In this document: positions 12,931 to 26,007 of the stretch, piece after piece
How positions within the stretch are numbered: position 1 is the first letter of the stretch
How the letters are laid out: each line of letters starts with the position of its first letter
Assembly (NCBI GenBank): GCA_964016885.1
Contig: OZ024744.1
Location: 40,548,001-40,612,000 of the forward strand
Source: Eledone cirrhosa
Lineage: Eukaryota
Reading direction: 5' to 3'
Length of the DNA stretch: 64,000 bases
Made by a program: the position numbers and the translations under genes
Notes under the pieces: model-generated
Seen by the model: only the letters and a program-made list of their open reading frames with translations
The model's database searches: none
Told to the model about the DNA's origin: nothing

Positions 12931-14922
12931 CACTCAGACTCAGAAGCTCCCGCGTCTTGCGACGCATGAGGCAATCATAGTGTTCCACCGTGTTCGGTCA
13001 GCAGCCAGTTGTACAGCGTCCCGCCATTGTCTGTTTGTCGCTCGCAGGTCCCTCTCAACTGTCTGGCGCCAGTTCATTTTGGGTCGCCCTCTCCGTCTGC
13101 TTCCCTGTGGGTTCCATTTAAGTACTTGGTTCGCCAGTCTCTCCGGGGGAAGTCTCAGAGCGTGCCCAAACCAGCCCAAGCGTCGCCTGCCGATGGCAGA
13201 AGAGACTAGCTGCTGGTTGGTGCGGTTCCTGACTTCCTGGTTTGTTACATGGTTTGTTACTTCCTGGTTTGTTCACTCCATTTAATCCCCAGGATCTTTC
13301 GCAGACACCTGGAATCGAATGCGTCCAACTTCTTCTCTTGGCTGGTCTTAAGGTGCCATGTTTCACTTCCGTACAAGAGTGTGGACAGCACGTTGCTGTT
13401 GTAGAATCTCATCTTTGATTTGAGGGTGAACTTCCTGCTCTTCCAGATCTTGACAAGCTGGTTAAATGCTGCTGAAGCCTTTCCCATTCTACATTGTAAT
13501 TCGCTGTCCATGGCGCCCCCATTGTCAATGGAGCTTCCTAGGTAGGTGAAGTTGTCCACTATCTCCACCTCTCTCTGTTCAATGAAAACACTAGTTGGTG
13601 ATGGGTGTGTCCCAGATAACATGCTTTTGGTCTTCTTAGCACTAATATTGAGACCTAAGCTTCCTGCTTCGACATTGATATTGTTCATACAGATTTGCAG
13701 GTCAGCTGTGCTCTCTGCAAGTGCAACAATATCGTCCGCAAAGTCCAGGAAGTCTGCACCAGGCTCGGTCAATTGGTGGGAGGAAATGAAGAAGACCATG
13801 GAAGCTGCAGGGGAAGAAATCCTGGGCTACAGGAAGTCCCTCAGAGAAGCTTGGGTCAGCGACAACACCTGGCAGCTGATTAATGAAAGGAAAGCCCTAC
13901 ACCAGCAGAGGCATGCCATTACCCCAGAGGCCATCAGGGTATATCAGCAGTATGTTGACAAGGACAAGGAGGTGAAACGCAGCGCCCAAAAGGACAAACG
14001 AATGTGGCTTGAGGGTAAGGCAGAGGAGGCGGAAGCAGCCACGGCACGCAATGACATGCGCTCTGTGTACCAAATTGCCAAGAAAATCACCGGCAGCTCT
14101 AGAGCTAACTCAGGCCCGGTGAAAGCGAAAGAGGGTACGCTGCTTTCCAAGGGTGAAGAAAAGTTAGTCAGATGGGCTGAACATTTCAAGGAAGTCCTCA
14201 ACCGACCGGAGCCACGTGTGCCAGCAGACACTAAGGAAGCTACTAGTTTGTTGCCTATCAATACTGATGACTTCACCGAGAAGGAAGTCCGCATGGCCAT
14301 CAAAACCCTTAAGAATAACATCAGGTCACCAGTTGGTGCTACTGGTAACATGTATCCCAGTACAACCTGTATCATGGTCGGGTCGTTGGCGACTAAACTG
14401 GCAACCCCACCAAGGTTTCTTGGTGAGGAGGGTGACTTTGGACATCCTGCAGGACTAAAAACAAAACCTGTCATAGGGCAAATGAGCTCTTAAGAGTCAA
14501 TGGCCATCCAAACTCACCGGGAGAGATGACCCCTTAGCCTTTGTCAAGGCAGAATTCTAGAAGGAAAACTCTGATATAACACCTGCAACCCATCGGTTTG
14601 CAGTTCTACCAAAGACTACTCCACTCACTGTCTCTTTACTAAATGTCAGTGGTTGGGCTTCAGGTTAGCGACCTGTTCCCGGAAAAACTCTCCTGCTACG
14701 AAAACAATTCATAGTGCATCAGATTTAAATTTCAAGCAGTCAGGAGAACGGTTGTCTCTAACCGGAGATTGTATGACGTGTGTCGGCGAAAGTCTCAATG
14801 AGGAAGCCGACATCCTGAGGACCAGAATTCTGTCTGCAAAAACAACCACACGTATTGGATATTGGAACATAAGAACTATGTACCAACCATCCAAACTTGC
14901 AAAAGTTATCGGAGAAATGGAC
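12931..14922 (-). mobile_element. Rearranged RTE-clade LINE insertion with 9-bp TSD
   Basis: Minus strand 12940-13745: DFADD, FTYLGS, LLYGSETW, WFGH, RRRGRP. Plus strand 13745-14320: EN-RT linker. Plus strand 14320-14922: 5'UTR and EN start RIGYWNIRTM. TSD CGATTCTTT at 12922-12930 and 14923-14931. Confidence 0.9.
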
Positions 14923-14959
14923 CGATTCTTTGCTTAAACTTTAATCTGTTATTTTAATA

Positions 14960-15062
<103 letters not shown>

Positions 15063-15129
15063 TTAATAATAAATTTGAAGACTAAACTCAAAAGAGGGCT
15101 TGATAAGGATAAATATATATCAAATATAT

Positions 15130-17090
15130 AAGAACCGTAGAGCTTTCCCGTCTATCTACAAACGAACATATTTTCACCGACCGTTCCACATACTACAATG
15201 AAGCTCTTGCACGGAGTGGATTTGTCGATAAAGTATCATATGCCGAGTATGAGCATAGACCTAGGAAAAAAATAGATCCTGACGCATTATATGGTATAAC
15301 CCACCATATAATATGGAGGTGACCACACCATTAACTAAGATCTTTCTCTCCCTTATTATGAAGCACCCCACCACCAGCACATAAATATAGTAACATTTTT
15401 AATAGAAATACCATTAAAATTTCATACTCTACGATTCCTAACCTTGCACATAACATCACTGCTTCAAATTTAGCTAAATTACCTAGCCGGAAGAACACGT
15501 GCAACCCTGTAGCTAGTACTAACTGTAATTGTAGGAATCGGGTTGACTGCCCCCTATCCGGGGAATGCCTCTCTAGTAACATTGTCTACAAATGTAAGAT
15601 TGAAACACCCACGTCCCATAGGGCCTACATAGGGTTAACCGCCAATAGATTCAAGCAGCGTCTTTACATGCATACCCATTCTTTTCTTCACCCTTTAAGA
15701 AGGAATATGACGTCACTTTTCAGCTTATATCTCGAGTCTAAAAGACAACCACACCCAATATAGGTTACACTGGGAGATCCTAGCTAGGGCTAGATCGTAT
15801 AACGGAAATAAAAGACCATGTGACCTCTGCGCCGCTGAAGCCCTGGAAATATTCTACGCCAATGATCACATCTTAAACAAAAAATCTGAGGCAATTTCGG
15901 CTTGTAAAAACAAATTGCACACAACTTTCCTGTATTACAGCCCCACATTATACCCTAACGGATAGTACGAACTATACGCGGATATTTTACGTCTTGATGT
16001 GGTAGCTATGTATATATTATGTTTATACCATTACTTATTTGTATAGGTTAGTATATATTACCTGTATGTTTTGTGAAGGTACATTTACTTACTCGTACGT
16101 ATATTTGCTTGTATTTGTTATAGCCGTATATATTATATATACTGGTACATGTGTATATGGGTATGTGTATACGTGAGTTATGCGTTTGTGTGTGTATGCG
16201 GGTTTATGTAGGGTGTGTGTATATGTGTACTTTGTGTTTTGGTTGACGTACGTTTAGCGAACATATGTGTATTTACATGTAGGTATGTGTGTGTGCGTGT
16301 TATATGCGTATTTATGTGTGTATATTTATATACGTTTATATAATTATATGTATACACGCGCGCACACACACGCATATATGTATATATATATATATATTTA
16401 TATATGTTTTATGTGTATTTGGTGTATACGTACGTATGTGTGCGGGTACAGGCGTTGCGTGGGTTTTTGTATGTGTGCGCGTGTTTTTGTGAACGTGCCT
16501 GTATTTGCATATCCATGGCGGATGTTTTCGCGTATGCATGTGAATGTACGTATATGGATGTGTGCATGTATATATTTAATTTTTGCTGATTTCAACTACC
16601 TCTGTAATTTATTTACATTATTCTTAACTCTGAAACCGAGAATCATTCGGTTTCCTGAATAGAATTTTAGTCTACAACTTCAGTTATACCATAAAAGTGG
16701 TTTTGTTTTTGCATGTAATTGTTCTCAACGCTCCACATAATGATGTATTATCTTCGTTTTTTCTGTTCATTTCCAGGGAACGTCTCCACGAACCACCTAA
16801 TAGAATATTAGTCTACGACTTCATTTATACCATAAATGTGGTTTTGTCTTTGTGTGTATTTGTTCTCAACGTTCCAAATAATGACGTATTATCTTCGTTT
16901 TTTTCTTCCGTTCTTTGCCAGGGAACGTTTCCACGAACCAAAGTATCGTTTTCCTGTCTTCCTTCGGTTGCAACGTTTTTTGAAATTTTTACTTCTGCGT
17001 TCACAGATTGATTTTTTTTAGTTTCAGAAGATCCCGTTAAGGGTGAAAGCAGCGATTCTTTGCTTAAACTTTAATCTTTTATTTTAATAA

Positions 17091-17095
<5 letters not shown>
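15130..17095 (+). mobile_element. Penelope-like retroelement (Neptune-type, family D), 5'-truncated
   Basis: Encodes IIWYNPPY, CNCRNRVDCPLSGEC, YIGLTANRFKQR and CDLCAAE..LNKKSE (15130-15965). Long microsatellite-rich 3' repeat; homologous to 32150-33960; flanked by (TA)n. Confidence 0.9.
17020..17070 (+). ncRNA. Type I HHR with U4-to-A core variant (family D)
   Basis: AGTTT-CAGAAGA-t-CCC-gttaa-GGG-t-GAAA-GCA-gcgattctt-TGC-TT-AAACT: three paired stems. Confidence 0.7.
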
Positions 17096-17164
<69 letters not shown>

Positions 17165-17180
17165 ACATATATATATATAC

Positions 17181-17219
<39 letters not shown>

Positions 17220-17471
17220 AATGAGAGGTATAGAGATTGTTTTAGCAAGAAGCTAACGGCATTCTATAACATATATGCGACTATAACGTCAAGATGGGAA
17301 AAGTAGTTAACGAAAGATTTAGGAAAAATAACTCAAACTCATCTCAAAAGAGAATCAGGATATAAATTCATCCACAGAATTTAGTAAAATCCAGGGAAAA
17401 ATCTATAGACCTTTAACTCATGATAAAATAAAGTTTGAAAACTTATCCTTCAATTTGGAATAACATCAAAT

Positions 17472-17552
17472 GCTCTGTATAGTCTTAAAAGACTATTTCA
17501 TGAAATCTTTCAGTGGAGATGGTCACGGTTGGATTTCATTCATCAGCAGAGC
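17472..17552 (-). ncRNA. Type I HHR, canonical core (family E, copy 1)
   Basis: GCTCTG-CTGATGA-ATGAAATC-[24 nt]-GATTTCAT-GAAA-TAGTCTT-tt-AAGACTA-TA-CAGAGC. Confidence 0.88.
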
Positions 17553-18100
17553 TCAACAGAAACCAGGGCTCTCACAGTAGTATAATCCGAAAAAGGGAAT
17601 TCTAAAACTGGCTAGTTCGCCTTCATGTGTATTTATGAAAAAGCACATGAGGAAAAAACGGGGCTAGTGACGTCAGGATGGAAGTGAATGTTTATTTACA
17701 AGAAATAGCAGTCAAATACATTCTGAAAAAAAACTCTACAAAGGAGTTCAGCAAAATAGCAATAATTATCACAGTTTTTATGAAAAAAACCGGGATTAGT
17801 CACAGATAGTTTAAGCACTCTAGGAAAAGAATCCGAGTATAAATATAAATGAGAGGTATAGAGATTGTTTTAGCAAGAAGCTAACGGCATTCTATAACAT
17901 ATATGCGACTATAACGTCAAGATGGGAAAAGTAGTTAACGAAAGATTTAGGAAAAATAACTCAAACTCATCTCAAAAGAGAATCAGGATATAAGTTCATC
18001 CACAGAATTTAGTAAAATCCAGGGAAAAATCTATAGACCTTTAACTCATGATAAAATAAAGTTTGAAACACTTATCCTTCAATTTGGAATAACATCAAAT

Positions 18101-18181
18101 GCTCTGTATAGTCTTAAAAGACTATTTCATGAAAACTTTCAGTGGAGATGGTCACGGTTGGATTTCATTCATCAGCAGAGC
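18101..18181 (-). ncRNA. Type I HHR, canonical core (family E, copy 2)
   Basis: Same fold, one substitution in stem II. Confidence 0.85.
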
Positions 18182-18604
18182 TCAACAGAAACCAGGGCTC
18201 TCACAGTAGTATAATCCGAAAAAGGGAATTCTAAAACTGGCTAGTTCGCCTTCATGTGTATTTATGAAAAAGCACATGAGGAAAAAACGGGGCTAGTGAC
18301 GTCAGGATGGAAGTGAATGTTTATTTACAAGAAATAGCAGTCAAATACATTCTGAAAAAAAACTCTACAAAGGAGTTCAGCAAAATAGCAATAATTATTA
18401 CAGTTTTTATGAAAAAAACCGGGATTAGTCACAGATAGTTTAAGCACTCTAGGAAAAGAATCCGAGTATAAATATAAATGAGAGGTATAGAGATTGTTTT
18501 AGCAAGAAGCTAACGGCATTCTATAACATATATGCGACTATAACGTCAAGATGGGAAAAGTAGTTAACGAAAGATTTAGGAAAAATAACTCATATATATA
18601 TATA

Positions 18605-19224
18605 TTAGTTTTGCGAGGTTTTTTATATGAAATCGTGTGTCGAAACAAATATTGTTATACTTGGGGAGGGTCATATTTGTGTAATATTACCAGAATTAAT
18701 AACAGAACACACTCACTGTTTGGTTGGTTTTCGCTTTTCGCTTCTGTGTCTTTTATATCGGTAATCTAATTTATTCAGTCCTCAATGTTGCCATTGACTG
18801 ACCAACGGTAAAAAATAATACAGATACAATATAGACACAAACACATATATATAGTTTATCAAAGTTCTTTCGTAGCACATCTGCAACATCGTCAGTGGTG
18901 CTATAGATTCCTCCCGTTGCATTGTATTTCTACGTAGAAATTTCTAAGTAGAAATACAATGCAACGGGAGGAATCTATAGCACCACTGACGATGTTGCAG
19001 ATGTGCAACGAAAGAACTTTGATAAACTATATATATGTGTTTGTGTCTATATTGTATCTGTATTATTTTTTACCGTTGGTCAGTCAATGGCAACATTGAG
19101 GACCGAAAAAATTAGATTACCGATAAAAAAGATACAGAAGCGAAAAGAGAGAACCAACCAAACAGTGAGTGTGTTCTGTTATTAATTCTGGCAATATTAC
19201 ACAAATATGACCCTCCCCAAGTAT

Positions 19225-19232
<8 letters not shown>
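18605..19232. mobile_element. PLE family B-related palindromic element (arms about 285 bp) with two divergent HHRs
   Basis: 18649-18933 is the reverse complement of 18948-19232. Termini ACCCTCCCCAAGTATAACAAT match family B. Extra tail at 18605-18648. Confidence 0.88.
18981..19024 (+). ncRNA. Minimal type I HHR (family B-like); mirror copy at 18857-18900 on the minus strand
   Basis: CTGACGA-t-GTTGCA-gatg-TGCAAC-GAAA-GAAC-TT-TGA; stem I is weak. Confidence 0.62.
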
Positions 19233-19264
<32 letters not shown>

Positions 19265-20345
19265 GAAATCTACCCCAGTACAAACCAATCTAAAAGCATT
19301 TTCACATATAAATTTGAGTTTGATTTAATCAAACATTATGAATCTAGCCTTACTGAAGCATAACCAGATATAATTATGAGAAACATAACAACTTCAGAGA
19401 GCAGTAAAACTGTAGTAAGATTGTTAACTTATATGTTTAACATCCATATATTAAATAAACTTATATTTAGTTTAGCTGAGAAAATTAAACACTATTATTA
19501 AAATGTAATGTTGTCATCTTCAGAGAGTAGCAAAACTGTAGTTTTTAATAACCATATATTAAATAAACTTATATTTTTTAACATCCATATGTTTAATAAA
19601 CTTATATTTAGTTTAGCTGTGAAAATTAAACCCCATTATTAAAATAAAGTATCAATAATGTACTGGATAATTGCTGGCCTTGTGTCAAAAGTAGAAACAA
19701 TTATTAAAATATAAGGCTGTCAACAGCATGAAAGAAGGATTGAACTGATTGGTTTCATTTTCCATATAACTCATCAGTGATCATTCCTCTCCACCTTCCA
19801 AGAAATTGAAACAAGTAGTCTGTCCATACTTGTTATCTATGCAAAGAGTTTCATATCATAGGATATTTCATATAATCTTTACATGGGAGAGTTCGGAAGA
19901 TAATCAGAATATTAAAATTCAAGTAAATCACAATAAATCTATAAATTCTTTCAGTGAATACTAAGTACAGTGACAGAAATTGTCCATTATCTTATTTTTC
20001 CATAAGTGTAGAATGCAGAAATAGATATGAAGAAAAAAAAATAGAAGAAAAATAAAATGATAAATATAAATAAATAAGAAATTTTTTTTCCATCTATCAC
20101 TTGGTTACAATCTCTGCTTCTACCTTGTCAGTAAAGAATGACAGACAATATAACTGGATATTAACTTGTAAGCCTTACGCAATTCACAAGAGATAATATT
20201 GAACGGGTTATTGTCTATGAAGTTAGTACCATCTAGTGGCAAGTAATATGTAGTGCTACTGGTTACTGGTTGTTGCCAGTTTCATAAATAACTTGAGCAA
20301 ATTACACCAGGGATTGGGAAAAAAAACGGATTTTACTCTCTTTTT

Positions 20346-20430
<85 letters not shown>

Positions 20431-20434
20431 GCCT

Positions 20435-20960
20435 AGTCCATTGTCATGATCAAACCGCCACCCTCCTTCAAAAACGAAGGAGAGGCGGTTTTCCTTTGTG
20501 TGATAGCTATGGCGAAAGAGGTTGTATGGTGGACAAGGTTGAAAGGGCTGAGGTCAGACACCTTTCTCTCCGGCCAACAACTGATTCTTTTTTTCAAATA
20601 CCACTTTGGAAGAAGAATCAGGATGGAGAGAGAGGTGCTGTACCGCAGCAAGTTTTATGAAAGGTGGGTGAAAGTGGCGAGAATGGCCCGAGTGAATGGG
20701 CCTTCTCTCTATATCAGCCTGTAGATTGAGGAAAAGGAGGAGGAGAGGAAAGGAGTACAAGCTCTTCGTACTCCTGGAGATGAGGGTTGCACATTTTTTC
20801 GGGGGTATGTGTTACCCATATAAACTGTCTCCCTCTATTGGGGAAAATCGACTAACTTTTAAATTCCATCTGTGATAACATTTTACACGTTTTTATTGTA
20901 TGTAAACTTCCCCCTTTGTATTTGTCCCCTTCTTTTGTGCCCCTGTGGCTAATAAAGAAA
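20435..20960 (+). mobile_element. 5'-truncated Tx1-clade LINE 3' end in a (TATC)n tract with TSD
   Basis: ORF 20446-20724 is homologous to the C-terminus of 25405-26007; ends AATAAAGAAA; (TATC)nTGCCT is duplicated on both sides. Confidence 0.88.
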
Positions 20961-21187
20961 TATATCTATCTATCTATCTGCCTGACGCGTGGAACATCAT
21001 TAGTAAGCTTTTTTGTAAATTTTTATACAAAAAACTGAACTAATTGTTTAAATAAAACATATCATTTTGTAGATTAACCCCCAAGCTGAATTGTCAGCTG
21101 GGTGGTAATCCCATTTTTCGCCCTTTTAGGGGCGAAAATTTAATTAAAAAATTCTTTAAAAAATTCAAATTTTGCCGACTATAAAAC

Positions 21188-22775
21188 ATGAATAACTCGG
21201 AAAGGACGCCGGAGAACGTTAACAGAGAGAAAAGAGGTAGAAAGGCAGATATTAACGTTATATCTGCTTCTGCCACCATGGACGTCGTCATGGATACGAT
21301 TGTCAAGAAGGAAAACAATATTGCCAATTGAACAGTTAAAAATTTCTCCCGTCGAAGCGGAGAAAAATAACACACAACATACACAGGAAAACACAGGAAT
21401 TAAACCTATTAATATACATACAGATGAAACAGCCAACAACAACAACTCCATATATACATCTACAGATAAAATTTCACCTCGTCAAGAAATTGCGATTTCC
21501 AACACCGAGGCTAACAACGATAACAACAACAGCAACAACAGCAACACCACAAAAAATGTCTTTCGCTGAATCAGTGAACAAAAAACAAGATTTTATAAAT
21601 CTTGACATCTCCAATGCAAGAGATATGCTCCAGCAAGGGAGAACATTTGTAACTTTCGAAGACAAGGGTGGGTTTAGAATCAACTCACCCCTCGAAATAA
21701 AAGAAGAGACAGTTCGAAGGACAGTGACCTTCAGGACTGTCTCAAACACAACGAGAAAGCCAATATTTGTGAGTCAAGGAGACATAGAAGCCACCTTGAA
21801 GGAGACTCTAGAAAATATTGACTTTCTTCAACGAGGAAAACAGTACGGAATTATTTCCGTACTGTTTAAAAGCGAGGCACTCGCCCAAAAACATTCTGAC
21901 ACCAATGGTCTCAAAAGCATTCACCCTTTTCCCTACGTGCATGGGAAAAGGGACACAAAAAATAAAAATGAAAAATATACCACCAAACATTAACATCTGG
22001 TGAATCTTGGCTGGCTTCGTGGAGCTAGAGACTGGTGCTATTCTTTCAATACGAAAGTCTATTAGACAAAGGTGGGCAGGATTCTGATGCAGATGAGCCC
22101 GGAGATTCTGATCCAGATGAGGCCGGAGAGAATCTCCAAAATACCCGAAAAGTCGTCATCGACGACAACAACAAAATAAACATTTCCGTGGAGGGGTGTA
22201 AACCTCATTGCTTTCGCTGTGGTAGCACAGCACACCTAAAGGCTTCCTGTCCTTCACAAACACACCACACCAACATCATTAAAAAAACACTATTACCAAT
22301 ACCAACACCAAAACAACCACCACCACAAGTACAACAGACGAAACGAGCAAACACACCAAAACAAACAGCCACTCAACCAACAACAACAGAAAAAACAGAG
22401 ACAACAGCCCTGAAGAACACAGCCCCACCCCATCCCACTCCATCAAACACTACCACAAACACACACACCGAAACACCACCTCCACACAACATACCCCTAC
22501 CTCACACTCCTGACGATGATTATTCACCGACAGATGAGGCTGCTTCTCCTTTAAGTGAAGAAGGAGAGCCTCGGAAATCTAAAAACAAAAAGAAAGAGAC
22601 ACCACAATACCCCCAAAACTCCAATCACCAACACCAACACACAACCACAGACACAAACAACAACACAAACAACACCACAGTTAAACATTCCCCTACCAGC
22701 AAAACCAACACCAACACCACCCCAAACACAAGCACCCACCATAAAAAGAAAACTCCCGGACGAACAACAAACTAA
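21188..22775 (+). pseudogene. Tx1 ORF1 (gag-like, CCHC knuckle), frameshifted
   Basis: ORFs 21300-21569, 21424-21993 and 22035-22775; homologous to 48050-49962 (TVT.RTVS, RG..Y, ISVEG.KP.CFRCGS). Confidence 0.8.
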
Positions 22776-22819
22776 AACAACACAACAAAAACACAAACAA
22801 CAGTACGCATACATCAACA

Positions 22820-25800
22820 CAAACGACTTTGAGATCTACGCATCTCTCTGTCAGCCAGGAGGTGGGGGGTGGGGGGTGGCTGTCTGTTTCGGAAGAACCT
22901 GGACGTCGAAGTACAGCAAATACACTTGGACCCGGAGGGTAGACTGGTAGTCCTAGACGTGACCAGTATTGGAGGTGGAACCTTCAGACTGGTGGCCGTT
23001 TATGTCCCGACCGGGCAATCGCAATCATGGCCAGACTTCTTTAAGCGTCTAGAGGTTTTTCTGGAAACGTCTCGCTCCTTACTTTTAGTGGGGGACTGGA
23101 ATGGTATCCTAGATGCACAATGGGACTATGTGGGAGCATGTCCCAGTAGAGGGGGGTGCAACAGCCTCAAAACTTTAATCGGCCAATTCCAACTGGCCGA
23201 TAGGTATCGATTGGATTTCCCGACTGCACTACAGTGGACGTGGGCAAACCGCAGCGGGACATCTAGATCGTATTTAGATAGGTTGTTCATTAGAGAAAGG
23301 GACAAGGAGATGTTAAGCTGTCCACGAATGCACATGGTTGCCTATTCAGATCACAAATTAGTCGTTTGCATAGTCAACCGTGACAGAACACATAGACATG
23401 GACCCGGATACTGGAAGCTGAACGTGTCGTTGCCGGCCCGTAAAGCTTACAGTGAACGGATAAATAGACTAGTCTAGCAACAGTTAACAGGAGCCTTCGT
23501 CAACAATAGATGGTGGTACTCTCTCAAGAATGCAATTAGAGTAGAATCGATAGGGTTTAGCAGAGAGTTAGCCTTAGAGAAAAAGAAAATAGAAAGAGAA
23601 TTAGTAGCCAAGGTAGAGGAGGCACTTAGAAGTGGCAACGCGGCTAGAATGTTAGCGTCGAGAACGGCACTGGACCAGTTCTTCAATGCGAAACACGAAG
23701 GTTGCGTCGTCAGAAGCAAAACACGTGCTCTAGGAAACGAAGGAGCGAAAGCTGTCAGCTGGGACCAAGTGACGGAGGCAAAAAGTGGCAACAAGTCCAC
23801 GATTCGGTCTTTGAAAGACCAAAACGGACGTGTGCTATTTGACCCCAAGAAAATGTGCGCAGCCTTTCAGCAGCACTTTGTGCGACTGTTTGAGCAGAAC
23901 GACGGTGAGCCGAACGGGGCAATGGAGTTTAGTTCATACCTCGACGGCCTGCTGCGTCTCTCGAACACGGACGCCGAGTTCTGCGAAAGACCGATCACGG
24001 ACACTGAGATACGAGACGCTCTGGGCCACTGCGGGAAACGCAAGTCACCCGGTCTAGATGGTCTACCCTATGAGTTTTACATAGGCATGCCGGACTTGTT
24101 CTCTGGCGTCCTCGAAGCCGTCTACTGCAATTGGCAGCAGAACGGGAGAATTCACAGTTCTGCAGGCAAGGGTGTAAGACGAGAACAAGTGGGACGAAAT
24201 TAACAACTTCAGGCCCATAACTCTGCTCAACACAGAGTTAAAGATTTTGGTGAAGGTGCTAGCGACGAGGTTGGCGCTTCTCGTCGAGAACCTGGTATGG
24301 AAAGCGCAAACGTGTGCAATCCCGACCAGGTCCATACACGGCAATATCCACCTCATGCGATACATCATAGAGAGGGTGGGTAGCAAACCCGGCTTCGGTG
24401 GGGCTCTGATCAATTTGGATCAGTCTAAGGCATTCGATATGGTCGACCATCGATACTTGGAAGCGGTTCTCAAGGCGGCAGGTTTCGGTCTCGTTTTCAG
24501 AGGATGGATCGAGGCGATGCACACCAGCATCTGCTTGAGGGTCAAGGTGAACAGCTACCTATCGGAGCCGTTCGCAATCACGCGTTCCATTCGACAGGGG
24601 TACTCTCTCTCCTCCATTCTGTATGTATTGTATATGTATTGACATTAGAGCCACTGAGGAAATTGGAGCTGTTGCAGGGCATCCCTCTAGAACCGGGACT
24701 GCGAAAAGCGGCGTCGGCTTATGCCGACGACGTGACGGTAATGGTGTCGAGCACCTCGGAAATAGGGGTGATCGGCAACTTACTGAAAGAATACGAAACG
24801 CTGACGGGAGCAAAACTACACCCGGACAAGTCTGTCGTGGAGAGGCAAATCGATGACGTCCGACATCGTCGTTGGACGGTGAAATTGCTCGGGGTCTGGT
24901 TCGGTCCAGACCTCCAGGTGGAGAAAAACTGGAACGAGGTCACGGCCAAGAGGTGGGCAGACTGCAAACTGTCCTTGAAAGGTCGAGCGGAAGTGGCGAT
25001 CACTTTCATAGCGTCCGTCATCTACTACCGCTTGACTGTCGTGCCTTGTCCCCGTGAACACTTCGCGAAGATGGAACGCATGCTCTTCCAGTTTCTGTGG
25101 AAGAAGCAGGCTCCGCTGGTGAGGAGATCCATCTGCTGTCAGCACCCTTCCAACGGAGGGCCGGGAATGCCGTGGCTGATGATGCACAAACATGCACTGA
25201 GGCTGCAGCATCTCCAGGTATTCCTCACCGACCCCCAGCCTGACGGAATTGCAGTCCTGGGTCAAGAAAAGACCGAGAATGATGGGCGCCTGGCATATTG
25301 AATGCGCTCAGGCGTTCACAGTCCTCTCGCAAGCGGACACAGCAATCAATGGAGACTCCATTTCGACATTCTATAGAGGGATTGTACGTTAAAAGGGCGA
25401 CGACGTGTTCGAAGAGACTCTGGGCGTCGAAGACGATGAGCTCACCAGTCTGTTTGGTAGGGCTTTCCGCCCGGGACCTATGGACAACTTCCAGAGGTCC
25501 CTGGCCTGGCAGTGTTATCGAAGAGCTCTACCAGTTCGTGACAAGATCTACAGGCACGGACGCCCCGCCAGGGATCCTTCCAAGAGGACGTGTCCAAGAT
25601 GCGCGCAGGACATTGAAACCGTCCTGCACGCAATTGTACACTGTCCGGGCGTAACCGACCTGTGGAACTATGCAGAACAACTGCTGTCGCGTATGGGACA
25701 AATCCAGTTGACTGCCGAGTCCATAGTAAGGATCAAAACGCCAGCCTCTTTCAAAAACGAAAGAGAGGCGGTTTTCCTCTGTACAGTGGCTATGGTGAAA

Positions 25801-26007
25801 GAAGTTATATGGTGGACGAGATTGAGAGGACTGAGGACAGATGCCTTTCTCTCCGGACAACAATTGATTCCCTTCTTTAAGTATCACTTTAGAAGGAGAA
25901 TTAGAGTGGAGAGAGAGGCACTGCACCCCAGTAAATTTACTGAAAGGTGGGTGAATGTGGCAAAAATGGCCCGAGTGATTGGGCCTTCTCTGTTTATAAG
26001 CATGTAG
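22820..26007 (+). pseudogene. Tx1 ORF2 (APE endonuclease-RT), N-terminus deleted, multiple frameshifts
   Basis: ORFs 22869-23477, 23649-24203, 24247-24642, 24504-25301 and 25405-26007. Confidence 0.88.

Larger units (their letters stand above)
17219..18591 (-). mobile_element. Family E non-coding tandem element, 628-629-bp unit, about 2.2 near-identical copies, one HHR per unit (retrozyme-like)
   Basis: ATGAGAGGTATAGAG at 17221, 17849 and 18478; no ORF of 60 aa or more inside the unit; (TA)n on both sides. Confidence 0.9.
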
